Shown here piece by piece: positions 53,001 through 60,838 of a stretch of 64,000 nt of DNA (position 1 is the stretch's first letter; every line of letters starts with the position of its first letter). This DNA comes from Clostridiales bacterium. GTDB taxonomy: Bacteria > Bacillota > Clostridia > Monoglobales > WRBX01. The stretch is taken from NCBI GenBank assembly GCA_031261985.1, contig JAISIR010000001.1:72009-136008 (forward strand), given 5' to 3'. Under the pieces are notes generated by a model, which searched no databases, was not told where the DNA came from, and saw nothing but the letters and a program-made list of their open reading frames with translations. Position numbers and translations under genes: made by a program.

Positions 53001-55170
53001 CATAGGCTCCACGAGCAGGGTCATAGATATTGGCTATATTTTTGCTTGTATTTTTTACATTAATATTGGTTGCTTCAAAATTACCACCGTTACCTGTATA
53101 ATACACAAACCCTGCGCCATTATCCATGCTACATTCAATATCGACTTCGGCTATAGTGATATTGTTATTAGTGCCATCAAAGGCAGATATTAACCCGGCA
53201 TTTTGCAATGCTGTAGAAGATGAAAGTATATTGCCTTTAACTGTAATGTAACTTATATTAGTATCACCGCAATTTGAAATAACATATGCAAGCCCTGCTT
53301 TACCTAAATTATTTCGATTGATATCGACATTTGATATATCTACACTTTTAAAACGTACTATTGCGTCAAAAACCCCAGCACCAGTGTGGTCAGGCGAGTC
53401 GTTCGTTGTTGTAACATTAACATCCGAAACGGTCAGCGTAGCCTCGGAGCCTTGACCTGCAAGGTAGCTAGCCACACCCATTTTACCAGAAGTTTCGCCG
53501 CTTATATCTACATCGTCAATATTAATATTCCCTGTAGCTATTGCATAATTAAAAAGTCCGGCAGATATTGCATACGAGCTATTCGGAGTTTCGGCGCTGC
53601 CTTCAACATTAATGCCTTGAATATCAAGCGAGCCTAACGTAGTGCCAAAACTGCCAGCAAGCGCAGAATTGCCATAGCTTGATGATTTAACGTTTATATC
53701 ATAAAAACTTACGCTATCTGCATTACCTATTCTATACGCAACACCATTCGATGAATTTCCATAGATTTCTGCAAAAACGTTTAAATCCGTTATTTCTACG
53801 CTCTGAAAAACTGTGTTTAATGAATTGTTTAAATCGGTAATGATTCCCGCTGCGCTGCTAGCACCAGCAATTTCGACGGTTGAAGGTTCGTCGCCAACAT
53901 CGGTGCCGACAGACGAATTTGTAATAGAAATATTGCCTTGTGCGCCGCCTAAAAATGTTCCGCCAGCAGTTATTCCGCCTGCATAATACATAGAAGCAAC
54001 CTTACCACTTGTAAAGTGGGCTGCTTGAATCTCGAGATATTCGCTTTTATCGCTAAGACCGCCAACAATACCGCCTGCAAAGCCAGAGGCTATAACATTG
54101 CCATCGGCAGAAAGAGTGTTTAGGCTAAGCGTGCCTTCTTTGCGGATATTGCCTATAATTCCGCCTGCATTTGAGGCGTATCGAGTATATTCGCTTGCAG
54201 TTTCTGGATTAACGCTTATTATATTGGCATTTGTAACGGTAGAATTTATTACATTACCAGTGCTTTGAGCCACAATACCTCCGCTAAATGCAACGGCATA
54301 AGTAGGAACGTAAGATGCTCTAAAAGTAGTGCCAGAAAGTGTGTTTTTTACGTAATACTCACTATCGGAATTATAGCTAAAGACAAAGGGAGCGGTGACT
54401 TCTAAATTTTGAATATTACCTCCAGATTTACCAAAAAGCCCGGCAAACGTTTGCCTGCCATTTAGTTTATCGGCAGCTTCTTGCCATTTTTCGTTATTCT
54501 GGCTGTTCATATATTCTAGAGGGGTTGGGTCGGTTGAACCAACTGGCATGCTAGGAAGAGCGGTAGGTGTACCCGTTGGCTTAGCTGTGACATTATCGTT
54601 CTTCTCGAAAGATACAAGACCGCTTATCTTTTTATCGTTGCCGTCGAAAGTGCCTAGGAATGGGTTGGTGTCTGTGCCGATAGGCGTCCAAATATTAGAC
54701 ACTTCGCCAGAATAGATTAATTTATGTAGGGCGGTAGTAATATCGGATTGAGCGGCGCTAACGGTGCTTACACCTGCTAGGTCAATATCTGCACCTAAAG
54801 TAATTTGCCAGCCCTCAAAGCTATTTTCGCCAGAATTTACGATTTCGGCTATTGCTCTTAGCTCTGCAGCTGTGGTAATGGTTATATTTTTAGTTGAAGC
54901 GTTGTTTAGGAGAGTAGTTTGCATTGTACTTAATGCTGTGGCATCTACCGCTAGGCGTGAGCCGACGGTGATATCGTCAGCCTCGATACCACTTAGATGT
55001 GAATGCGCAGCTTCAGTTTTTGTTGCAGTTAAGGGGTTTAGCGATGAAACTATAACCGCAATTAAAGTAAGCGCGAGAGTTCTTTTAAAAATTGCACTTG
55101 TGAAGATAGATTTTTTTGAATTGAGTTTTTTAGAATTGAGTTTTTTACAACCCGAAAAATTTGTTCTCAT
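50044..55170 (-). CDS. Giant (about 1,700 aa) surface protein: beta-helix-like repeat region, Pro/Ser linker, three central SLH domains, second repeat region
   Basis: Preferred start is ATG 55170 (MRTNFSG), 6 nt after AGGAGA; the track start at 55212 lies inside the promoter. Has a signal peptide and degenerate G/N/I-rich repeats. The (PSPSPE)n linker near 51950..52240 is followed by three SLH repeats (YLTGYEDGEIRP, FPDVEADIW, FSDVPANEWY). Confidence 0.8.
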   Translation of the reverse strand: MRTNFSGCKKLNSKKLNSKKSIFTSAIFKRTLALTLIAVIVSSLNPLTATKTEAAHSHLSGIEADDITVGSRLAVDATALSTMQTTLLNNASTKNITITTAAELRAIAEIVNSGENSFEGWQITLGADIDLAGVSTVSAAQSDITTALHKLIYSGEVSNIWTPIGTDTNPFLGTFDGNDKKISGLVSFEKNDNVTAKPTGTPTALPSMPVGSTDPTPLEYMNSQNNEKWQEAADKLNGRQTFAGLFGKSGGNIQNLEVTAPFVFSYNSDSEYYVKNTLSGTTFRASYVPTYAVAFSGGIVAQSTGNVINSTVTNANIISVNPETASEYTRYASNAGGIIGNIRKEGTLSLNTLSADGNVIASGFAGGIVGGLSDKSEYLEIQAAHFTSGKVASMYYAGGITAGGTFLGGAQGNISITNSSVGTDVGDEPSTVEIAGASSAAGIITDLNNSLNTVFQSVEITDLNVFAEIYGNSSNGVAYRIGNADSVSFYDINVKSSSYGNSALAGSFGTTLGSLDIQGINVEGSAETPNSSYAISAGLFNYAIATGNINIDDVDISGETSGKMGVASYLAGQGSEATLTVSDVNVTTTNDSPDHTGAGVFDAIVRFKSVDISNVDINRNNLGKAGLAYVISNCGDTNISYITVKGNILSSSTALQNAGLISAFDGTNNNITIAEVDIECSMDNGAGFVYYTGNGGNFEATNINVKNTSKNIANIYDPARGAYGGFIYAMRNNKANFNEITIESDEIPGSGFVFHANCPDFTVKNVDVTINDGTLNTHGFMDNYFGSNSASVTPKFENITMNGKNFARSGFIEYVNCYNFDAKTIRVFGNAGKSANYSAGFVGSGVCTNIQIDDIEYTGDLGWAGLFYYTTAQNITARNIDIMGSVSAPDANFVATAGLIGYNQANSALFEHITITGENLGGSAAFASYLGGNTGDFIVNDMIITGNISTPSSRTFADDGTFARYLSKSGGTMQFNDIYINPPPPPSPSPEPSPSPEPSPSPSPSPSPEPSPSPSPEPSPSPSPSPSPSPSPDPSPSPSAKAPSGGKRPSPSPSLKPSPSPSAVPSPKPSPSPELNDVEHIQYLTGYEDGEIRPNNNLTRQELSTIIFNLLTEQSRTAYYSKIVTFPDVEADIWSTSSIETLSNAKVVQGYEDGEFRPKQSVTRAEFATMLARFAEDDSYQPTRNDYFSDVPANEWYARGINILAERKVMVGYDDGTARPKNSITRAEAARLINVYLNRSADKEAIDQMDVITFPDLSPDFWGYYDIMEAANGHEYSHKLFGGEKWLRLKTFALASSLDNSMQPKGFVKAAEETETPEAGPTTYDEHTIGANGFAGIIVMNSGKLIMNNVNVRGTSRTIDSAPTAFLGKSALAYYYNVPRAEIDGYNATLGGDLSSTLISIYAQTNVDFNIINSDIKVENLVNTTETPARVIDFADSSIIASVFTSTYSKTGTFNLTNVDIEVANNNSRNTRFAPMDLYDGDINMTDFNLNILNGKGAMFTGEKTAGDITLNGFTQTFSQETTAGLFDKLTTLGDIILNDVHVVGNTKAAGFINKVYANNISITDSSYEGDVTQTDEEFAGGLISMAETTEAGAIDITSSTVSGNISSVAAKEGRYVGFATTPQLSIIGADSSTSTLAHITDTPAFFGVLSGDLNKLGGVYKSDGTIYTGVEDLTRASYLYYKTVSVPFYNITPAYNITSPSGEVLEN

Positions 55171-55202
55171 AGTTATTCTCCTAACCATACCATTATAAGT
55201 AT

Positions 55203-55231
55203 ATTCTAACAAAATAACTATTTAAAGTCAA
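55203..55231 (-). promoter_or_regulatory. Proximal promoter of the giant SLH protein gene
   Basis: Minus strand reads TTGACT (55231-26), 17 nt, then TAGAAT (55208-03) with a TGT extended -10. Confidence 0.6.
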
Positions 55232-55294
55232 AGAAAAATCGCCTTTTTTCACCAATTGTAACATAAATGTAAATAAAATGTAATTTTGGTGTTA

Positions 55295-55451
55295 AGTAAC
55301 CACTGAATAACTCTTGTTTGCTCTTTTTAGTTAAATTTCCCTTTTTGTTCATAACCTCACTGCGGCAGGCGTCAGCCTTGCCTTGCTCGGTTACTTCAAA
55401 AAGAAAAATTTATTCTAAAAATCCCTAAACGCGAGTTAATCAGTGGTTACT
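55295..55451. repeat. 157-bp element bounded by 19-bp inverted repeats (18/19 match)
   Basis: IR-L is AGTAACCACTGAATAACTC (55295-55313). IR-R is GAGTTAATCAGTGGTTACT (55433-55451). They enclose 119 bp. Confidence 0.7.
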
Positions 55452-55529
55452 ATAAGGCGAAATTTTAGATTTTATATAAAATTATCTAAGCCGACAAACG
55501 CAGGCAAATTCATTTACTTGTTTGTGATT

Positions 55530-55559
55530 AAAATTCCGCAAAAAAATCTTTTTTGCGGG
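55530..55559 (-). terminator. Intrinsic terminator after the GT2-GH5 operon
   Basis: Minus strand reads CCGCAAAAAA-ga-TTTTTTGCGG followed by AATTTT. Confidence 0.6.
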
Positions 55560-55598
55560 CTTAGGACACAAGCAAGGGCTAGCGGCGCAGCGGATGAA

Positions 55599-56594
55599 CT
55601 AATGCCGACCAGCCTCTTTAATAATAAGGCAATTTAATATATTTTCATCCCAAGCATTATCTTGCGTGTCATATATTCCAAAGCCTGTCGAGAACTCCCA
55701 ATATGTCCAGGCAAAACCGTTATTTTCTGCTGCTTGCCTAACGCTATTTATCCAATCTTGGCGCAAGTTTTCGGGCACAGTTTTTGCTGCACCAAACTCG
55801 TTTAAAATAATATCGCGGTTATTTTTTACCGCCCACTCTTTTACTTTTGCAAAAGAGTTGTTCAGGTATTCTTTATCATCATCGCTTCCCCAAGTTACGC
55901 CGCGAGTGTCTTTGTATCCGTTATATGGGTCACCCTGGAAGGTAAAAGGTTGAGGATTGTAATAATGGAAAGCGACAATTATGTTGTCATCCTTAGGGAG
56001 TTCCAAGTTTTCTATATGCTCCCAATTGCTCCAAAAACCTGCGTCGACTATAATTTTGCGTTGGCGATTGGTTTGGCGAACAATGTCTATTGTGTGGGCT
56101 AGCATTTTGTTCCATTTTTCGTCACTCACGGTGCCTCTAGGCTCGTTTAACAGTTCAAAAATCAAGTAATTATTATATTTTTTATAGCGGTTAGATAGTA
56201 TTTGCCAAATTTGATAAAAGTCATTTTCGTTTTTTTCTGCGTCACTATAAAGCTCGTCAAAATGATGAAAATCTAGAATAACGCTCAGTTTTTTAGAGAT
56301 AGCATAATCTATAAAACCGTCTAGCGTTTGCATAAAATTTTCGTCTAAATTGCCATCTTTAAAGTAGCTATTAAATCTAACAGGAAGGCGAACATGGTCG
56401 AAACCTGCGGATTTTATAATGTCAAAATATTCGTTTTTAATGGTAAGCCCCCAATCCTCGCCAGGCTTTGCTTCTAGCGAGTTACCTAAGTTAAGCCCTC
56501 GAGCAAGGGGCGGATAAGTAACGGAGCAACTGCTTAGAACAGTTGCTAACAGGGTTATTAAAAGCAGGCTAGCGGTAATTTTGAAAAGTTTCAA
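55599..56594 (-). CDS. GH5 endo-beta-glucanase (cellulase-family) lipoprotein
   Basis: Lipobox LSSC. GH5 acid/base motif LFELLNEP and nucleophile motif ILNEFGA. The start overlaps the GT2 stop (ATGA). Confidence 0.85.
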   Translation of the reverse strand: MKLFKITASLLLITLLATVLSSCSVTYPPLARGLNLGNSLEAKPGEDWGLTIKNEYFDIIKSAGFDHVRLPVRFNSYFKDGNLDENFMQTLDGFIDYAISKKLSVILDFHHFDELYSDAEKNENDFYQIWQILSNRYKKYNNYLIFELLNEPRGTVSDEKWNKMLAHTIDIVRQTNRQRKIIVDAGFWSNWEHIENLELPKDDNIIVAFHYYNPQPFTFQGDPYNGYKDTRGVTWGSDDDKEYLNNSFAKVKEWAVKNNRDIILNEFGAAKTVPENLRQDWINSVRQAAENNGFAWTYWEFSTGFGIYDTQDNAWDENILNCLIIKEAGRH

Positions 56595-58099
56595 GCCTTT
56601 TTAGCCCCCTTATAGATAATTTTAAGTGCGACGCTTAGGTAATAAAGGTTAAGTAATAGCCATAAAAGCACAAATAAGTTGGCAAAGAATCCGAGCGTCA
56701 CCGTTATTATTATATTGTACGCGCCAAATAGGCATAGGGCGATTAATAAAAAGTAGGTTAGTTTTAAAGATATCGCGTAATTTAGTGTTAGGTGCGCGCG
56801 GGTTTTAGATTTAGAGGTAACGTGGAAGTTCTTTTGCTTGAACCCAAAAGTTTCTGCCAAACAAGGGAAGAACAGAACGGGGGCGAAGACAGTTTCGTAA
56901 ATTCTCGTCCATTTATTTTGGCGCATGCCACTAGAGAAAAACCAGGTGGAGTAAGTGGTTAGCAGGTACATGGGTAGCCAAAAAATTAAGATAGATGCTA
57001 ACGTGCAGGTTGCAAAAGGCACGCCAAACACCGCAAAAATTATAGGGGCAAGCAAAAAGACAAACTGTTTAAGTGGGAAATACCAATTAAGGATAGATGA
57101 TATATAGTTTAGTTTTTGCCAGACGGTGAGTCCTTTTTTAAACAATAGGTTCATTTGAATTCCGCATTGTAAGTTGCCGCGGCACCAGCGTTTGCGTTGC
57201 GAGAATAGATTGTTTAAATCCGTCGGCGGAAGACCTTTTGCCAAAATTTTAGAGATTGCCATGCAGGTGTAGCCTTTGGCTTCGATTTCTACACCTGTGC
57301 CAAAATCTTCGGTTAACGATTTTTGATAAAAACCACCGACGTCTTGTATCGCCTGCCTTGAAACCACGGCATTGGTACCACAATATATAACAGAGTTGGA
57401 TTTATTTTTAGTAAGCTGGACTTTTCTGTAGAAATAATCGTGCTCGGGCGGTAGCGAAGAAGATTTAGGGGCGGATAATTGGAAGATATCGTGCTGATAA
57501 AAGGTTTGAGGAGTTTGCAAAAAACCCAAACTTGGGTTCTGTTGGAAATAAGGAACGGTTGATATTAAAAAATCGGGCGAAGGAATCATATCCGCATCGA
57601 AAGTTACAATTAAAGGAGATTTCGATTTTTTAAGGGCAGCGTTTAAATTACCTGCTTTTGCGCCTTCGTTGGTAGTGCGCGACAGATAATTAATACCTTT
57701 TTTAGTTGCAAAAGCTTTAAAATCTGCGCGGTTGCCATCGTCACAAAGGAAGATATGTATTTTAGATTTTTGGGGATATTCTAAATTCAAAACACCCTCG
57801 ATAGTTTTTGCGACAATTTCTAGAGGTTCGTTATAGGTGGTTATAAAAATATCTACGTCGAATAATTTTTTAACGTTAAGTTTAGGTGCTGGATTGGTTT
57901 TAACGTTAGAGAAATTGGCATAAGTAAGCAGAAGCTCGAGGGTAGACATAATCTCGAAAATCGCTAAAACCCAGCCTAAAACTGATGCAAGCGCGCCATG
58001 TTGATAGGGCATAGTAAAAAAGACTCGCCAGATAATATAACAAACCAGCGAAAGCGAAGATGCTATAGCCACTAAGTGAGAGTAAACATTTTTATTCAT
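56591..58099 (-). CDS. Processive family-2 glycosyltransferase (cellulose-synthase-like beta-glycan synthase), no PilZ domain
   Basis: Motifs TTYNE, CDDG, FDADM (DxD), LTEDF (TED) and QRKRW (QxxRW), flanked by multiple TM helices. Confidence 0.85.
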   Translation of the reverse strand: MNKNVYSHLVAIASSLSLVCYIIWRVFFTMPYQHGALASVLGWVLAIFEIMSTLELLLTYANFSNVKTNPAPKLNVKKLFDVDIFITTYNEPLEIVAKTIEGVLNLEYPQKSKIHIFLCDDGNRADFKAFATKKGINYLSRTTNEGAKAGNLNAALKKSKSPLIVTFDADMIPSPDFLISTVPYFQQNPSLGFLQTPQTFYQHDIFQLSAPKSSSLPPEHDYFYRKVQLTKNKSNSVIYCGTNAVVSRQAIQDVGGFYQKSLTEDFGTGVEIEAKGYTCMAISKILAKGLPPTDLNNLFSQRKRWCRGNLQCGIQMNLLFKKGLTVWQKLNYISSILNWYFPLKQFVFLLAPIIFAVFGVPFATCTLASILIFWLPMYLLTTYSTWFFSSGMRQNKWTRIYETVFAPVLFFPCLAETFGFKQKNFHVTSKSKTRAHLTLNYAISLKLTYFLLIALCLFGAYNIIITVTLGFFANLFVLLWLLLNLYYLSVALKIIYKGAKKA

Positions 58100-58154
58100 G
58101 ATATAATAATATCATTAATAATAAAAATGTCAAGTGTTTTTTTGAATGAAAACA

Positions 58155-58233
58155 ACGCAATGACGAAATGAATCCGTCATTGCTGCTAAAGATAATATGA
58201 TATTTTCGGCGACAAGCTGCCGAAAATTTATTT
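58155..58233 (+). repeat. Two-hairpin repeat, copy R4
   Basis: CAATGACG-AAATGAATC-CGTCATTG, linker GCTGCTAAAG.., then ATTTTCGGC-GACAAGCT-GCCGAAAAT. Lies between minus-strand genes 58260..59936 and 56591..58099. Confidence 0.8.
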
Positions 58234-58259
58234 GAATATTTTTATTACTTAATTACAAT

Positions 58260-59936
58260 TTAAATTATTTTTGTTTGCGGAAGGGTTGGGGGAGTGGTAG
58301 GGGTATTGTTGTCGCCGCTTATGTTTGCGCGTGTGCTTTTTAGCTGTTGTTCTTCCATAAGTTTTTGTATCTTTTCGATATTTGGGTACCCATAAAACGG
58401 GTCAGCTGCACCGCTACCGACTATGGCAATTTCTTTTAAATCGTATAACTCTTCTAACGTCAAAGCTATACAGTGGGCATTGGCAAAGTCTAGATATTTT
58501 TGTGCTTTTTGCCTATTTTGGTCTACAAAATAATTGCTGACCTCGAAATAACTCAGCTCGGGCGTTGGTATTAAGTTGGCTATTTTATTACCATTCTTAA
58601 CACCTTTTGCATATTGCACAAATTTATCGTAATTATTAAAGAATGCTCCTACTTCGTACTTAACATCGAATATTTTTTCTTCAGCTAACATATCACGCAT
58701 TTTGTCTGACATTTCGGTTTTAGAAATACGCATGAAGTCTGCCGCTGCTTTTTCATTAATCTCGCCGCCATACTTTAGCCCCTCGCTCATGTTCCAAAGG
58801 GTATCGGTATCTTTAGATTTGATAGAATTAATATATTGTTTAGCTTGAGATTTAAGGGCATTATCTTTTGAGAAAAGCCCCACATTATAGGCTATTTTAA
58901 GCAATGCAAGTGTTCTATACATGCCGGTGCTAACACCTATTGAATCGTAAAAATCTTGTGAACTTTCGATAAAGGTTTTAACATCGTTTGTTTTGGCGAT
59001 TTCGTAAAACATATACGTGTTTGGTATTATATCGGTACCTAAATCTAAATTTGCTTGTTGCCATTTATCGGCCGCCTCTAAAAAATCGGCAACTTCAAAC
59101 TCAATAAGGTCTTCACTTTTATATTCTTCAAACGAATTAATGTATCCCTTTTTGATTAAATCTTTGTAATATTTAACCTGTTCAGAAGAATTTGAAAGAA
59201 CTATCGGTCTGTCGTTTCGATACTCTCCTTTAGTTGTAACAAAAATTATTCCTTCTTTTGAAGCATCAATCGAAAACGGCTTATTATTAATTTTTACCCT
59301 ACCATAAGGCGTTATAATTTCCTGAAGATTAGAGCCTTTTATCTTGTCACTTCCGTTTAACTCTAAATTACAACGGAATGGATTTAGTATTTTTAGCTTG
59401 CGTGGCATGCGAGATGCTTCTTCTAAGACTTTTTTTAAAATTTCATCAGATGAAACATCAATAACGAGGTAATTAACATCAAATTCGCTAAGTTTTAAGT
59501 TAGCTCTTTTATCGGTTATTTTTAATTCTTCTAAAGTTACAACCGTGCCTTTTGAAGTTCGATTAATTTTAATGTCCGGGTTATTACTTTCGTTAATATA
59601 AGTCTTATCAAACGCATTAAATGCGACAAGTGTGGCTTTAGATAAATCTATTTTTCTAAGTGAAGTGTTTTTAAAAGCCGCCGCGCCTATTTGTTTTAAA
59701 TTTCCGCCTACGACCTCGCGCAACTCACCGCAATCTTCAAACACGCCTCGAGCAATTTTCTGCATGCTATCGGGCAGGATTACTTTTACTATGTCGTCTT
59801 TTACGTAATAGTCCATAGAATTGCTTGCAATGCCTACGCAGTCGTCAGGAATTTTAAGCACTCCGTTCATCCAAACATCATCACTTGTAATTTTTGTGAT
59901 TATTTTTTCGCCTTTTTTTGTTTTACTAAATTCCAT
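58260..59936 (-). CDS. Hypothetical protein with N-terminal BspA-type leucine-rich-repeat-like segment
   Basis: 558 aa. Residues ~25-110 show the IPD..IA..AF..C..L pattern of BspA-like LRRs. The remainder is unassigned, with a C-terminal PTTPPTLP tail. Confidence 0.55.
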   Translation of the reverse strand: MEFSKTKKGEKIITKITSDDVWMNGVLKIPDDCVGIASNSMDYYVKDDIVKVILPDSMQKIARGVFEDCGELREVVGGNLKQIGAAAFKNTSLRKIDLSKATLVAFNAFDKTYINESNNPDIKINRTSKGTVVTLEELKITDKRANLKLSEFDVNYLVIDVSSDEILKKVLEEASRMPRKLKILNPFRCNLELNGSDKIKGSNLQEIITPYGRVKINNKPFSIDASKEGIIFVTTKGEYRNDRPIVLSNSSEQVKYYKDLIKKGYINSFEEYKSEDLIEFEVADFLEAADKWQQANLDLGTDIIPNTYMFYEIAKTNDVKTFIESSQDFYDSIGVSTGMYRTLALLKIAYNVGLFSKDNALKSQAKQYINSIKSKDTDTLWNMSEGLKYGGEINEKAAADFMRISKTEMSDKMRDMLAEEKIFDVKYEVGAFFNNYDKFVQYAKGVKNGNKIANLIPTPELSYFEVSNYFVDQNRQKAQKYLDFANAHCIALTLEELYDLKEIAIVGSGAADPFYGYPNIEKIQKLMEEQQLKSTRANISGDNNTPTTPPTLPQTKII

Positions 59937-59962
59937 TGGATTTCTCCCCCATTATATTTGTT

Positions 59963-60565
59963 CTAAAGTGTTTTAGGTGCGGAAAACGAAGCCGCTCTAC
60001 CATTTACAAATACTAACCCCATACCATTAACATCTAGCATTGTATTACCGATGGTTACTTCATCACCGCTGATGTTTAAGCTGTTGTCTTTTACTTCGAC
60101 TGGCTTGCCTCCTAAATATGCCATTCTACCGTTCGCATATATCCTTTCATCTTTTACACATATTTTAACACCATTTAGAGTGAATTTTAGTTCCGCATCA
60201 GTATTTTCTGGTTTTTTTAACCAAGCGACTACCGAATTCAAGGTATCTTGCAAACAATTGCACCACTCGTTTGGGCAGATTCTGGCTATGCTATCGTAAA
60301 TTGCATCGAATTTTTTGCGCGGATTTATAATGATTTTTTTAATATCTTGCATAATTTGCTTAAATTCTTCATCATGTACAGAAATATCTTCGCCATTATT
60401 TACCTTTTGGCAGAGTAGTTTTGCAATATCTATTTTATAGTCAAGATGAACTTGGCTCATCGAAATACTTTTTACGCACGATTCTTCGCCTATTAGTATT
60501 AGTTCTCTTATATTTTGTTGCGAATCTTCTTGGCTTGCTTTTTTTAAATCTACATAAGCTTCCAT
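59963..60565 (-). CDS. Hypothetical protein (200 aa)
   Basis: ORF with GGGGGA SD, behind TTGACT-17-TATAAT (60597..60625) and the TTAACA-N5-TTAACA element. First gene of the string 59963..60565, 58260..59936. Confidence 0.55.
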   Translation of the reverse strand: MEAYVDLKKASQEDSQQNIRELILIGEESCVKSISMSQVHLDYKIDIAKLLCQKVNNGEDISVHDEEFKQIMQDIKKIIINPRKKFDAIYDSIARICPNEWCNCLQDTLNSVVAWLKKPENTDAELKFTLNGVKICVKDERIYANGRMAYLGGKPVEVKDNSLNISGDEVTIGNTMLDVNGMGLVFVNGRAASFSAPKTL

Positions 60566-60641
60566 TTTTCATCCCCCAATTGTATCACACTCCTATATTA
60601 TACTACTTTTTTATCAAAAAGTCAATGAATTTTAAGTGCTT

Positions 60642-60664
60642 TATGTTAAATTTGTGTTAAATTT
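60642..60664 (-). promoter_or_regulatory. TTAACA-N5-TTAACA upstream element, site f (gene 59963..60565)
   Basis: Plus strand reads TATGTTAAATTTGTGTTAAATTT. Lies 16 nt upstream of the -35 of TTGACT-17-TATAAT (60597..60625). Confidence 0.55.
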
Positions 60665-60693
60665 ACCTTAAGAATAAAAATTTTAAAAAACTC

Positions 60694-60722
60694 TTGCATT
60701 TATTTTGTTGTTATTATATAAT
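60694..60722 (+). promoter_or_regulatory. Promoter of the cvpA leader
   Basis: TTGCAT, 17 nt, then TATAAT. The predicted TSS coincides with the first base of repeat copy R5. Confidence 0.6.
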
Positions 60723-60728
60723 ATAAAT

Positions 60729-60808
60729 ACGCTTCGGCGGAATGAATCCGCCTGCGCTTCTAAAGTTATTCGGATATTTTCGGCGACAAGCTGCCGAAAA
60801 TCTGTTTT
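60729..60808 (+). repeat. Two-hairpin repeat, copy R5 (forms the cvpA 5' leader)
   Basis: ACGCTTCGGCGGAATGAATCCGCCTGCGCTTCTAAAGTTATTCGGAT-ATTTTCGGC-GACAAGCT-GCCGAAAAT-CTGTTTTAT. Confidence 0.8.
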
Positions 60809-60838
60809 ATACTATTTATATCAAGGTGGTGCAAAAAA

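Noticed and set aside
41634-60808. The recurring hairpin-containing repeats might be a CRISPR array or its remnants.
   Set aside because: Copies are dispersed over 19 kb in separate intergenic regions and only two are adjacent. There is no constant repeat-spacer periodicity, no leader and no cas genes.
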